Source: Vicinamibacterales bacterium (GTDB taxonomy: Bacteria; Acidobacteriota; Vicinamibacteria; Vicinamibacterales; UBA8438). Taken from it: a stretch of 64,000 nucleotides of DNA. The translations under genes and the position numbers were made by a program. The stretch covers positions 216,086 through 280,085 of the forward strand of contig CBDCVL010000010.1 in the NCBI GenBank assembly GCA_965223015.1, in the 5' to 3' direction. A model generated the notes under the pieces. It was given only the letters and a program-made list of their open reading frames with translations, searched no databases and had not been told where the DNA came from. Below are positions 8,698 to 19,665 of this stretch, piece by piece. The stretch's first letter is position 1, and each line of letters starts with the position of its first letter.

Positions 8698-10211
8698 CCT
8701 TAATGCGTCATTTTTCTGAGCGAGCAATGACGCTTTGGGATTGAAAAAGGCCTTCCAGTGTGGTTGAAAGGTGGTGCAACCCAACGCCTTCTTCCACACA
8801 TGAAAGGCCACTGACCGTGAGACGAAGAAAATCCGATTTGCATGCCCGTGTCAATAGGAATCTGCCGCTGGAGTTCGATGACGTTCGCCTCACGTCGTAC
8901 GCCGGGCTGGAACTCTTGGAGCGCTACCTGCGCACCCGTCGCTTCAATCAGCTGGTGCGCGAGGCGTTTGCCGACCTGCCGCGCTGGGGCGACTTCGGGG
9001 TGGTGGTGATGGTGCGGGTGTTCGTCGGGTTGGTGATCGTTGGCGGCCGGCGCCTGCGGCATCTGGCCTACGTCGCCGACGACCCGATCTTCCAGCGGTT
9101 CGGCAACGTGCGCGTCGTGCCCACCGCGCGGACGTTGAGTCGGTGGCTGCGGCACTTCACGATGCGGACGGTCACCCGCTTCCAAGCCCTCAACGCGGCC
9201 GTCGTGCGCCAGCTGCTGCCCACGCTGGGGCTGCGCACCTGGACGGTCGATGTGGACGGCGTCGTCGTGTCGACGGGGTTGCAGGTCGAACGGGCGGCGC
9301 GGGGCTACAACCCGCACCAGCGGAAGGTGCCCAGCTACTACCCGATCATGGCGCACCTGGCCGAAACGACCCACATCCTGCGGGTCAAGAATCGGTCGGG
9401 CAACGTCCACGATGGGAAGGCGGGCCTGCCGTTCTTGCGGGCCCTGTGGCCGCAGCTGGTCGGGCTACGCACGGGCGGGGCCCGGCTGCGGTTTCGCATG
9501 GATGGGGCGTTTTTCCGCCAGGATGTGCTGCGGTGGTTGCAGGGCCGCGGCGTGGGCTATGCCATCAAAGTCCCGTTCTATCGCTGGCTGGATCTGCAGC
9601 GCTACATCCGGGACAGTCCCACCTGGGTGCCGGTGGCGCCCGGCGTGACCGGCTTCGCCGTGCCGGGCGCGGAGACGCCCTGGCACATCCCCGTGACCGT
9701 GACCATCTATCGGAAGAAGGTCCACCACCGGGCCACCAAGAACTATCAGCTCGACCTGTTTGATCCTAACGATGGGCACTACGAATACTCGGCGGTCACG
9801 AGTAACCTCGCGCTGACGGTCCGCAACTTGTGGTACTTCGCCTGTGGGCGGGGCAACCACGAGAAGACCATCGCGCAGCTCAAGACCGGGCTGGCCTTCC
9901 ACAGCGTCCCGACCCAGACCTACGCCGCCAACAGTGCGTGGCAGCAGCTCGTGGTGCTCGCCCACAACCTGTTGACGAACTTCCAACTCGAGACGGGCGC
10001 CCCGCCGCGGCGCCGCACCCGGAAGCACACCGTCGTGCCCCTGCTGCAGAGCGTGCAGACGCTCCGCTTCGAACTGTTTCATCGGGCCGCCCTGCTGGTC
10101 CGCCCCGGTGGCAAGACGCGGTTGCGGATGACCGACAATCTCCCGACGCGTCAGACGTTCACCCGCATTGCCAACGCCCTCGCGAGCGGCTGAGTTTTTG
10201 ACGCATTAGGG
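8698..10211 (+). mobile_element. IS1380-family insertion sequence (1514 bp)
   Basis: The terminal inverted repeats CCTTAATGCGTCA (8698..8710) and TGACGCATTAGGG (10199..10211) match at 12 of 13 positions. They are flanked by a 4-bp direct duplication TTAA (8694..8697 and 10212..10215). The element has a single DDE transposase ORF. Confidence 0.85.
8760..10193 (+). CDS. IS1380-family DDE transposase
   Basis: 477-aa ORF filling the IS. The N-terminal region ..LEFDDVRLTSYAGLELLERYL.. is typical of IS1380/IS4-like transposases. The true start may be the internal GTG near 8817. Confidence 0.8.
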   Translation: MVERWCNPTPSSTHERPLTVRRRKSDLHARVNRNLPLEFDDVRLTSYAGLELLERYLRTRRFNQLVREAFADLPRWGDFGVVVMVRVFVGLVIVGGRRLRHLAYVADDPIFQRFGNVRVVPTARTLSRWLRHFTMRTVTRFQALNAAVVRQLLPTLGLRTWTVDVDGVVVSTGLQVERAARGYNPHQRKVPSYYPIMAHLAETTHILRVKNRSGNVHDGKAGLPFLRALWPQLVGLRTGGARLRFRMDGAFFRQDVLRWLQGRGVGYAIKVPFYRWLDLQRYIRDSPTWVPVAPGVTGFAVPGAETPWHIPVTVTIYRKKVHHRATKNYQLDLFDPNDGHYEYSAVTSNLALTVRNLWYFACGRGNHEKTIAQLKTGLAFHSVPTQTYAANSAWQQLVVLAHNLLTNFQLETGAPPRRRTRKHTVVPLLQSVQTLRFELFHRAALLVRPGGKTRLRMTDNLPTRQTFTRIANALASG

Positions 10212-11056
10212 TTAATTGGCCAGGATGTCAACATCCCGGCCCTCGAGCTTTCGTACTACATCGAACGCACGCTCGGCGGCGGAACCGCGCTTCCCGGACG
10301 CGAGCATCGATACGTCCTTCCCCCCGAACCAATTAGGGTCCTCTCGTTGGTTCCGCAAGACGCCAGTGACATACAAGGGATCCCGTCGCCGTCGTTTGGC
10401 GATGCTGACCGTCGGCAACTGCGCTCAACCCTGGCTCTGTTCGCCGCCGCGGCACTAGGCGTGGCTGCGTTGGGATTTCTGGTCGCGGCCGCGGCGGGGG
10501 TGGGGCGCGAATGGCGACGGTCAGCTCCGGCGACACGGTTGGCTGTTCCCGACTCGGTCGTTGCTGCGCGAGCGCTGACTGAGCTGACAACCGTCCAGCG
10601 CTCGAGCCAGGACGAAGGATGGAACGACGATCTCGTGAGCCGAGCACTGACCGCCTTTCGGCTGGCGGGCGCGGTCGCGTTGTCCACAACGGTCGCCGAA
10701 GAAGTGATTGGCGGTCCCGGGCGAGCCGATCGCGACGGTCAGCTCAGCGTCAGGCGTGGCTCCTGGCGCCCGACGATGACGACGCTCTCTTCGTCGGTGA
10801 CATCGAGTGCGATCGCCGACGAGATCACGCGGCGACGCGCGCACCGTCCAGATGATTCCTCGCCGGACGCGCTCGGCGTTCTCCAAAACGCACTTCGTCT
10901 GTTCACGATCGCGCGCTACAGCCAGGTTGGAAGAATCCCAACCGACGAGCTGACCGGCGAGCTCGACAGAGGCATCGGTGCCGTGCAGCAACTCCGCCTC
11001 CGTACGCGGCGTCCGGTCCGCCTCGTCACAACATTGTTCGCGACCGCCCGTGACTG

Positions 11057-12163
11057 GTGGGACAACCGATGGGCACGCTAACGAGCCTCGCGTCTCTTGT
11101 CAGCGAGACGCTCGGGAGCTTGACCGTTTCGCAAGGAGCGTGGACGTACGTACGCCGCCTGGAGGCGGTCCAGGTCGGGATGCTGCTGCTCGTCCTGATC
11201 GTCGCGACGCTGGTGACGCGATACGTCCGCAGCCGCCGTCCGGGTCGCACGAATACAGCCGTGCCGGCCCTTCCGCCCCGACACTGGAAGTCTGGGCCAT
11301 CCCTCTCCCCGTTTCGTCACGCCGCGTTTGTGCTGTTCCTTGTAGGACTCCCCTTCTTCTTCCTGGCGTTGGCTGCCCCGGAGAGCGCGTTGGTCCAAGA
11401 GGAACGATCGTTCTCCGGTCACCGCATCACGATTCTGATCGATGCGTCGCTGAGCATGGATACGGCCTTCTCGACAGAGCGCCTGAGGGCAGGCAACACA
11501 TTTCTCGCCAACGTGGCAGCGGCCGAGTATTTCGTGCGGCGGCGCATGGAAGGCAAGTATCACGACCTCGTCTCGCTGATTCAGTTCGGTAGCCAGGCCT
11601 ACATCGTCACGCCCTTCACGAACGACTACGAGAACGTGCTGCTCAGCTTGGGGCTTATCGGAACACCTGAAGAATACGACCGCTTTCCTGACCACGGAAC
11701 CTTGATCATGGGGGCCATCACCCGAGGGGTCCAGCTGTTCCGAACGTTCGATTTCCTTCGCCGGGCAGGCAATCTCATCGTCATCTTCAGCGATGGGCAG
11801 GATACTCACGCGAGATACGAGGGCACATCGCTCGACGAGATCCTGCAAGAGGCGTCAGACAATGGCATCCCGGTCTACTTCATTCGTACAAGTTATGACC
11901 GGGAGCTGGGCGACATCCTGCCAGACATGACGTGGAAGATGGCAATCGAGCGAACGGGCGGCAAGTTCTTCCCGGCCGCCAACGAAGGAGCGATCCTCGA
12001 TGCCATTGAGGAGATCGACCGCCTATCGGTAGGGCGAATCGAGACGACTCGGTACATGACGCGACAGCCGCAATTCTCGGCGTTTGGGTTCGCCGCGATG
12101 AGCGTATGGTCGCTCGCGGTCGTCCTGGCGCTCGCAACGAAGCACTTCAGGCAATTCCCCTGA
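11057..12163 (+). CDS. vWA domain membrane protein (BatA-like)
   Basis: N-terminal TMs followed by the MIDAS-type motif ILIDASLSM. The start is GTG 11057 or ATG 11069 and overlaps the upstream gene end. Confidence 0.8.
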   Translation: MGQPMGTLTSLASLVSETLGSLTVSQGAWTYVRRLEAVQVGMLLLVLIVATLVTRYVRSRRPGRTNTAVPALPPRHWKSGPSLSPFRHAAFVLFLVGLPFFFLALAAPESALVQEERSFSGHRITILIDASLSMDTAFSTERLRAGNTFLANVAAAEYFVRRRMEGKYHDLVSLIQFGSQAYIVTPFTNDYENVLLSLGLIGTPEEYDRFPDHGTLIMGAITRGVQLFRTFDFLRRAGNLIVIFSDGQDTHARYEGTSLDEILQEASDNGIPVYFIRTSYDRELGDILPDMTWKMAIERTGGKFFPAANEGAILDAIEEIDRLSVGRIETTRYMTRQPQFSAFGFAAMSVWSLAVVLALATKHFRQFP

Positions 12164-12215
12164 GTCTGCCGATGTCGGCGTCCAGAGCAGAGCGGGAGAA
12201 AACGGAGGCACGACG

Positions 12216-12914
12216 ATGACGACAATCGCACGACGCGTCCTCAGCGCTATCGGGCTGGCGTTGGTCGCCGGCGGCGTTCTGGCGTTTGGCCTGCTACAAA
12301 GTCAGCTCGCCGAGGTCGAACGTGACCTGGTCATGCTCAACTTTGGCCGGGCGGCGGATGGACTCAGGGACGTGCGCGACCAGCTACGCTATGTCGATCG
12401 CATCTCGTGGCTGCTGCCTGGCACGAAGGAGGACGTCGAGACCCATCAAGCGATAGTCCGCTACTGGCGCGGTGACTACTCCTCACTCATCGCCGAATAC
12501 CCAGATGTCGGACAGCCCGGTCTCCGGGACAACGTTCTGCTGCAGCTCGCCCTCGCGAACGCCTACCTTCGATCCGGCGTGGCGGCGGGGGACGGGAGCC
12601 GCGAGGTCTTGCTCGGAGAGCTCGACCGTGCCATCGCGGCCTATCGTCAGGTACTGCAGAACACCGGCGGCAACGGCGACGCGGCGTTCAACTACGAGTA
12701 CGTCGCGCGACTGCGGGACACGATCGCCGCGGGTGGCACCGGCCCAGTACGCCAACCGAGCGGTCCGTTCGGAAGACAAGGCAATACCGACGACATGGAC
12801 ATGGAAGACGTCGGCGACATCAAGGTCTACGTTCCGAGCGACAGGCTGCTTGACCGGGAAACCAGCGAGGACCCGACACTTGGCTCCGATGCACCGATTC
12901 GCCGCCGCGGGTGA
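12216..12914 (+). CDS. membrane-anchored helical/TPR-like protein (BatC-like position)
   Basis: One N-terminal TM and a helical repeat-like body, lying between two vWA genes. Confidence 0.55.
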   Translation: MTTIARRVLSAIGLALVAGGVLAFGLLQSQLAEVERDLVMLNFGRAADGLRDVRDQLRYVDRISWLLPGTKEDVETHQAIVRYWRGDYSSLIAEYPDVGQPGLRDNVLLQLALANAYLRSGVAAGDGSREVLLGELDRAIAAYRQVLQNTGGNGDAAFNYEYVARLRDTIAAGGTGPVRQPSGPFGRQGNTDDMDMEDVGDIKVYVPSDRLLDRETSEDPTLGSDAPIRRRG

Positions 12915-12926
12915 GCGTCTCCACTG

Positions 12927-14009
12927 ATGCCGATGATGCCGAGCTCCGTCCGATTCCTCGAGCCGTCGTTTCTTTGGGCGCTCGTGATTCCAGGCGTACT
13001 GGTGCTCATCTGGACCTGGCAGTTCTGGAAACGGCGAGTCGACGTCCGACGCCTACTCCGGAACCGCACGCTACCGGAGCGTGAACGGTACCCCCTGGCA
13101 GGTGAGCTTGCATTCTGGCTGTGTCTAATCCTCGCCTTGGCGTGTCTCGCTGGGGCACTCGCGAGACCACAGCTCCGGGTCAACGTCGTCCAGCGCGCCG
13201 GACTCGACTTCGTCATATTGCAGGATGGCTCGACCTCCATGCGAGTCACCGACGTCGCGCCGAGCCGATGGGAACGTTCGACAGCCTGGCTACGAACGTT
13301 CGCAGAGACGCTGAGCTGGACCAATGAGCGCGTCGCTCTCGCCCTGTTCGCTTACCGACCCGCACCCCAGGTCCGACTCACACGCGACCCGAATGCGTTC
13401 TTCTTCTTTCTCGATCGCCTGCGGGAGCAACCGCCGTTCGGGCTCGAAGACGACACGAGCTGGGATACAAACATCGCCGATGGCGTTCGTTGGGGCATCA
13501 AGATGGTAGACCTCGACGAAGAGCTGTACGGACGGCGACCGAGCACCCGAGCCTTCCTTATCCTCTCAGATGGTCAGGACTGGAGCGGCGAGGTCGAAGA
13601 CGCGCTGGCGCTCGCGCGAGACCGCGGAGTCCGCGTCTACGTTGTTGGTGTCGGTACCGACATCGGCGGTCTGATTCCCGACCTCCCGCCAGAGCCCTTC
13701 CAACAGACCCCGCCGCCGATCTTCTCGTCTCTCGACCGTCAATCACTCCGCACGATCGCTGAGGCAGGAGGAGGCGAGTATTACGAGCTCGGAACGGAGC
13801 AGGACGATGTCATCGCCCTCAAGGTCCTGTCAGACGTCCAGCGGCGTGCTCAGACGTTTCACCGTCAGGAGATCTTTACCGAGCTGTATTGGCCGCTGCT
13901 AGCAGCCGCAGCCGGCGCCGTCTGTCTGGGAACACTGACGGTCAGGGAACGGACACGGCTCTGGTTGCTACTGGCTGTGGCTGCGGCAGCCGTCGTTTTC
14001 CTACTGTAG
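12927..14009 (+). CDS. vWA domain membrane protein (BatB-like)
   Basis: N-terminal TMs, the motif FVILQDGSTSM, and a C-terminal TM. Confidence 0.8.
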   Translation: MPMMPSSVRFLEPSFLWALVIPGVLVLIWTWQFWKRRVDVRRLLRNRTLPERERYPLAGELAFWLCLILALACLAGALARPQLRVNVVQRAGLDFVILQDGSTSMRVTDVAPSRWERSTAWLRTFAETLSWTNERVALALFAYRPAPQVRLTRDPNAFFFFLDRLREQPPFGLEDDTSWDTNIADGVRWGIKMVDLDEELYGRRPSTRAFLILSDGQDWSGEVEDALALARDRGVRVYVVGVGTDIGGLIPDLPPEPFQQTPPPIFSSLDRQSLRTIAEAGGGEYYELGTEQDDVIALKVLSDVQRRAQTFHRQEIFTELYWPLLAAAAGAVCLGTLTVRERTRLWLLLAVAAAAVVFLL

Positions 14010-14207
14010 GAGTTCCTCTTGTAGGACGGAATGTTTCTCGGAGGAGGCGGAACCGTTGGATTCACCCCGCCCCCATTTGATTGGGGCAGACTCGTCGTGA
14101 CGCTGGTTCTGGTATCCCCAATCGAGTAGGATGGCGTCCCGCCACGTGCGGCCCAGAGAGCACAGACTCTCGCGCCCCACGCGGACGCATCCAAGGAAGT
14201 CTCGGCT

Positions 14208-15235
<1,028 letters not shown>

Positions 15236-15279
15236 TGCAGCCGGCGAGCTCTGGCGGAACCTGCTGGCGCGTGTCGCAC

Positions 15280-16225
15280 ATGCTGGCGTGCGTCCTGCTC
15301 GCCAGCGGTTGCGGGATACCTCAACGGGATACCTCAAGCGGAGCGCGGATCCGAGGCGCTGCTAGCCAGCAGCCAATCCGAGAGCGGCCAGACCCGAGTC
15401 GTACTGCTTGGCACCGGAACCCCCGGCGCCGAGCCTGATCGGTCCGGCCCGGCGACAGCTATCGTCGTCGGTGAGCGCGCGTACCTGATCGACGCGGGCC
15501 CTGGCATCGTTCGCCAAGCCTCTGCCGCCGCGCGCGCACAAGGCATCACGCAGCTTGTAGTTCCGAACCTCGATATCGCATTCCTGACCCACCTGCACTC
15601 GGATCACACTGCTGGCTATCCCGATCTGATTCTTACGCCATGGGTCCTTGGCCGACGTCAGCCTCTTCAGGTCTATGGTCCCCCGGGGCTGCAAGCAATG
15701 ACCGAGTCCTTACTGGCAGCGTATCAAGAAGACATCCGAGTGCGAACGTCGGGCCCGGAACAGTTGCCACCTGAGGGTGGGAGGGTCGATGTTCACGAGA
15801 TCACGGAAGGTCCAATCTTCGACGATGGGACCATGGTGGTTGAGGCGTTCAGGGTGCCACACGGAATCTGGGAGCATGCGTTCGGATTCAAGTTCACGTC
15901 GCCCGACCGTGTGGTCGTCGTCTCGGGTGATACTGGTCCGTTCGACGGGCTCGTAGATATTGCCAGAGATGCCGACGTGTTACTTCACGAGGCCTACATG
16001 GCAGCCGAGCTGAGCCGTCTGCCGCGCCAGAATCAGCGCTACCATGGAACGTTCCACACGTCAGCAACAAAGGTCGGACAGATCGCTGCAGAGGCTCAGG
16101 TAGGGATGGTCATCCTCTATCACCAGCTTCACTTCACGGGCGGCAGCCCCGAACAAATGGTGGAAGAGGTCCGGGCGCAATACGACGGCCCGGTCGTCTA
16201 CGGCCGCGATCTGGATGTGTACTGA
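15280..16225 (+). pseudogene. MBL-fold metallo-hydrolase lipoprotein gene, frameshifted by a 13-bp tandem duplication
   Basis: The signal/lipobox MLACVLLASGC is in frame 1. The body (VVLLGTGTP..THLHSDH..) is in frame 2 and continues into ORF 15698..16225. Deleting one repeat copy restores a 310-aa ORF. Confidence 0.75.
15312..15337 (+). repeat. perfect 13-bp tandem duplication CGGGATACCTCAA x2
   Basis: Read directly from the sequence: 15312..15324 equals 15325..15337. Confidence 0.95.
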
Positions 16226-16443
16226 TGAACTGATGACGGCAACCAACGTATCAACACAACCAACAGTCGAAGGTCTGACCGGCGATTCTGTCGAACCACT
16301 ACAACGTCGTTCACGGTGTCGCCCATGTCCTGGCGCGCGGCACTACCCACTGCCGCGACGACGTATTCGATTTCACCACCGAGCGGACCCACGGTCTCTA
16401 CTCGGACTTCTCCTGGAAAGGGGAATCAACCGGAGTATGATGT

Positions 16444-16653
16444 GTGATGGGTTTCTGCGAACATTGTGAGGGTCAGCGATTCGACCGCGCTCAGGTGCTA
16501 CGTCTACTCCGCGACACGCGTCTCCAACTGAGAGATCAGACCAGACTGAAGACGGCCGAAGACGTGCTGACCACGGCGATCAATGCCGTTCGCTCCCTCG
16601 AGATTCCACACCTCGAGTCGTTGGAGGACATTTCGGACGAGGTCATTCACTAG
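16444..16653 (+). CDS. small hypothetical protein (69 aa)
   Basis: ORF only. It has a CxxC near the N-terminus and no good RBS. Confidence 0.25.
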   Translation: MMGFCEHCEGQRFDRAQVLRLLRDTRLQLRDQTRLKTAEDVLTTAINAVRSLEIPHLESLEDISDEVIH

Positions 16654-17243
16654 CGCTGGTCTTCTGAGGTGTCGAGAGGCTCGCCGCGCGCGTTCCGCAG
16701 CGGGCGGTATCCACTGACGCGGTCGCGTGCCTGGTGCGCACGTGCGTAGAAACCGGCCGTCGTCAGCTGAATCGTCACGTAGTCCTCTCCCTGGTTCTCC
16801 CAGTACCACCCGTGAACACCAGTAAAAGGCGCGGTGTATGCGCCGTGTGCTCGGTCGCTTACCTGTGCATCATAGCTCTCGGCATAGCCGGGCGGCGAGC
16901 CGTCAGGAGCACTGTGGAAGTTGTAACTCACGACTCCTGAGGCCTCCCAGGAGAAGAGCATGCTCGCACCTTCCTCGAGCTCGTATGTCGATTCAACCCA
17001 CTCAGTTGGAGCCAATCGAAGTTCGAACACATCTGTCCTGTACTCACCGCTTTCAACGTCGATAGGCTGAACCCGCGACAGCGCGAGCAACCCGAACGCC
17101 CGGCCCGTCCCGAGTGGATCGAGCCCGTACTCTGCCGGTAGTATGGCTCCCACCACCACCAAAATCGCCACGGCGAATGCCGCCGCGGTCGCCCAGGCGA
17201 TCTTCTTCGGAGAGGGGGTCGTATTCGTCTGCGATTCCGCCAT
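16650..17243 (-). CDS. membrane-anchored periplasmic protein of unknown function
   Basis: One N-terminal TM (IAWATAAAFAVAILVVVGAIL) and a beta-rich body. It lies immediately downstream of the HupE/UreJ gene. Confidence 0.65.
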   Translation of the reverse strand: MAESQTNTTPSPKKIAWATAAAFAVAILVVVGAILPAEYGLDPLGTGRAFGLLALSRVQPIDVESGEYRTDVFELRLAPTEWVESTYELEEGASMLFSWEASGVVSYNFHSAPDGSPPGYAESYDAQVSDRAHGAYTAPFTGVHGWYWENQGEDYVTIQLTTAGFYARAHQARDRVSGYRPLRNARGEPLDTSEDQR

Positions 17244-17258
17244 GTGTGGTCGCCTCGC

Positions 17259-17933
17259 TCAGGAATAGAACACGTAACCCAGCATCTGATTACCTGCCAG
17301 GACGAATCCCGCAGTCATGAGCGCCACATTCGTGGCAAACGCGTATCGGTGGAAGCTGCTGTGGCCGCGCCAATAGCCGAACGCAATCAACACCATCGTC
17401 AAGGCGAGAACCTGTCCGACCTCCACTCCAACATTGAAGCTCAGCATGTTCGACAGCAGACCTGTGTCCGACAGGGTAAACTCCTGCACTTTCGTCGCCA
17501 GACCGAAACCGTGGAATAAACCGAACACCAGAACCGCGGCTTTCGGATTGGGTTGAGCCCCAAACATTCGTTCGAATCCGCCGATATTGTCAAACGCCTT
17601 GTACGCCACAGAAAGGCCGATGATCGCGTCGACGACGTAGGCGTTGGCACCGACCCCGCCGAGCACTCCGACGAGTAGGGTGACGCTGTGACCCAGCGTG
17701 AACAGACTCACGTAGAGCACAACGTCCCGCAGTTTGTAGAGAAAGAAGATGACGCCGACCAGGAAAAGCAGATGGTCGTACCCGGTCACCATGTGCTTGG
17801 CCCCGAGATAGATAAAGGGGAAGATTGCGACTCCATCCACCGCCTGCACAAAGGCAGCGTTCTGGTCGTCCATCGGATGGGCACCAACGATCGCGGTGGC
17901 CGGCCAGAGCAGCGGGATGAGCACGGCGAGCAT
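17259..17933 (-). CDS. HupE/UreJ family metal (Ni/Co-type) transporter-like membrane protein
   Basis: The motif GAKHMVTGYDHLLFLVGVIFF plus a later GHS and FHGFG. The start ATG at 17933 is preceded by CCAGGAGGG. Confidence 0.8.
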   Translation of the reverse strand: MLAVLIPLLWPATAIVGAHPMDDQNAAFVQAVDGVAIFPFIYLGAKHMVTGYDHLLFLVGVIFFLYKLRDVVLYVSLFTLGHSVTLLVGVLGGVGANAYVVDAIIGLSVAYKAFDNIGGFERMFGAQPNPKAAVLVFGLFHGFGLATKVQEFTLSDTGLLSNMLSFNVGVEVGQVLALTMVLIAFGYWRGHSSFHRYAFATNVALMTAGFVLAGNQMLGYVFYS

Positions 17934-18110
17934 GACAGGAAGGCCCTCCTGGAATACCCGCCTGGGGCGTCCAACCGCTCGACCTACGAACACGGGAACC
18001 TCAGGATGAACGCTCACAGCACGAGCACGGTGTCCCAATCCTTTCGCTCTCATTCAGTCCCCTGTCAGTCCATCAAGTCGCGCGTCCGGAAGGCCAGACA
18101 GACGTAGCGG

Positions 18111-19403
18111 CTACTGCGTCACGGACCGGAAATAGGCTGGAAGGTCGGCCTTCGTCTCTCGAAGGATCTCGACGATCGCCCGACGGTCGACGAGCGACAG
18201 GCGGGTGTACGGCTCCCCCGTCTCCACTCCGGAGAGCACCTCCCACATTCGCTGGTACACGGCGCCCTTCGCAAGATTGGGCAGCATGTCGAAGGCCTCC
18301 GAATAGATCATGTAGCTGCACCGATGGCGGAAGAGCCGGTCCCCTAGATCGAGATACCTCAGCGACCGCCCCTGGGAGTCTCGAGGTCCTATGGATGCAA
18401 ACTGCCCGGCGAAGCCGGATGATCCCGAGACCGGGAACGCAAGTTGCGCTTCATCGACAAACAGCATGTAGTCGACAACTTCAGCGGCCGACTCGCGTAT
18501 CAACTCGTCAAAGGCTGTGTCGTCCGCGGCCGGCCGAAACAGGACAGTTCGCGCTTCCCACCCGATCCGGGTGATCAGATTCGCCATGTGCGCCTGATGA
18601 TTGAGCACCATGAGTGCGACGACGTCACTATGCGACGACAGGTATCCCTCCACATCGATAACCTCCTCGAGGGATCCGAGTGTAGGCGGTCGAGTCCCGG
18701 GTGGCGACGGCTCTTCGACGTCGGTCACCTCGACGTTTCCCATATGGAAGACGGGCCCAGCAGTTCCAGTCACGTACCAGCCCCCCCAGCGCTCCCCCAG
18801 TGGGCTACGGTGGTCGGTCACAAACCCGGTCGCGTAGGCGTTCGGGTCCGGCGACAGCGGGGCGGTACTGAGCACTTGAAAGCCAGGAACCCCAAGCGTT
18901 TCCCACGACAGATGACATAAGAGACATCCATCATTTCGTCTAAACTGTGGAAGCTCTGTTGGCTCTTGTTGAAGCACATAGAAGACGGCGCCCTGTTGCC
19001 GGTCGTGCGTCGCCACCTCGATCACCTCGCCACCCCGGACCCACGCCGCGGCGGTATTGTCGCTGAAGTAGATCGCGCGAGGATTCGTCGATGTGATCGT
19101 TGGCGCCTGGAAGCTCGTCTGCGAAAAGACAGCCACCTGGGACTCGATGGGAATCTCAAGGGCGCGCAGCGCCGACCTCAAGTATCCCGATTGGCCTTCG
19201 AACTCGAGGTGAACCCTACCGTCTCTGATCTGGCCATTCAGTTCGGCGACCGGATTGTGCACTGGCCCCGATGAATAGGCAATCGCCGGGTGGTCGCGTG
19301 ACTCGCGGAACGCGCCGCCACGCTGCCCGACGACCATCGCCGCACCGAACACAACAACGACGAACACGCTTGTAGCAACGCGGGGCAACGGGCGCATACA
19401 CAA
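18111..19403 (-). CDS. secreted protein with a single CxxCH motif, unknown family
   Basis: Signal-like N-terminus and one CLLCH motif. It is in an operon-like arrangement with the HupE gene. Confidence 0.65.
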   Translation of the reverse strand: MCMRPLPRVATSVFVVVVFGAAMVVGQRGGAFRESRDHPAIAYSSGPVHNPVAELNGQIRDGRVHLEFEGQSGYLRSALRALEIPIESQVAVFSQTSFQAPTITSTNPRAIYFSDNTAAAWVRGGEVIEVATHDRQQGAVFYVLQQEPTELPQFRRNDGCLLCHLSWETLGVPGFQVLSTAPLSPDPNAYATGFVTDHRSPLGERWGGWYVTGTAGPVFHMGNVEVTDVEEPSPPGTRPPTLGSLEEVIDVEGYLSSHSDVVALMVLNHQAHMANLITRIGWEARTVLFRPAADDTAFDELIRESAAEVVDYMLFVDEAQLAFPVSGSSGFAGQFASIGPRDSQGRSLRYLDLGDRLFRHRCSYMIYSEAFDMLPNLAKGAVYQRMWEVLSGVETGEPYTRLSLVDRRAIVEILRETKADLPAYFRSVTQ

Positions 19404-19665
19404 ACTTTACCATGCAGACCTTCATGCGCTTGAGGGTCGCAGCGCACCGCCGGGACCTCATTTCTGGACCGCGCTGGAAACCGCACGACGAGCTCGGACC
19501 CTTCCCACTTTCGAGAATCTTCGAGAAGCCGGATTCCGGAGATTCGGTGACGCGCCCGACCCTCGTAGACAACTGGCTACGCCCGTGGTCCCCTCTCCAT
19601 GAGAAGATTTACGCTGGAGTTGGTTCGAACCTGGCGACCGTGCGTGTGGAACCTGGAAACGAAGG

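Larger units (their letters stand above)
8337..11081 (+). pseudogene. membrane protein in BatD position of a Bat-like operon, split by IS insertion (parts 8337..8697 and 10212..11081)
   Basis: The ATG overlaps the DUF58 stop (ATGA). Removing 8698..10215 (the IS plus one TTAA copy) joins ..VRVLDRDL to IGQDVNIPALELSYY.. in frame with ORF 10347..11081. This gives a 408-aa protein with a signal peptide and one internal TM. Confidence 0.75.
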
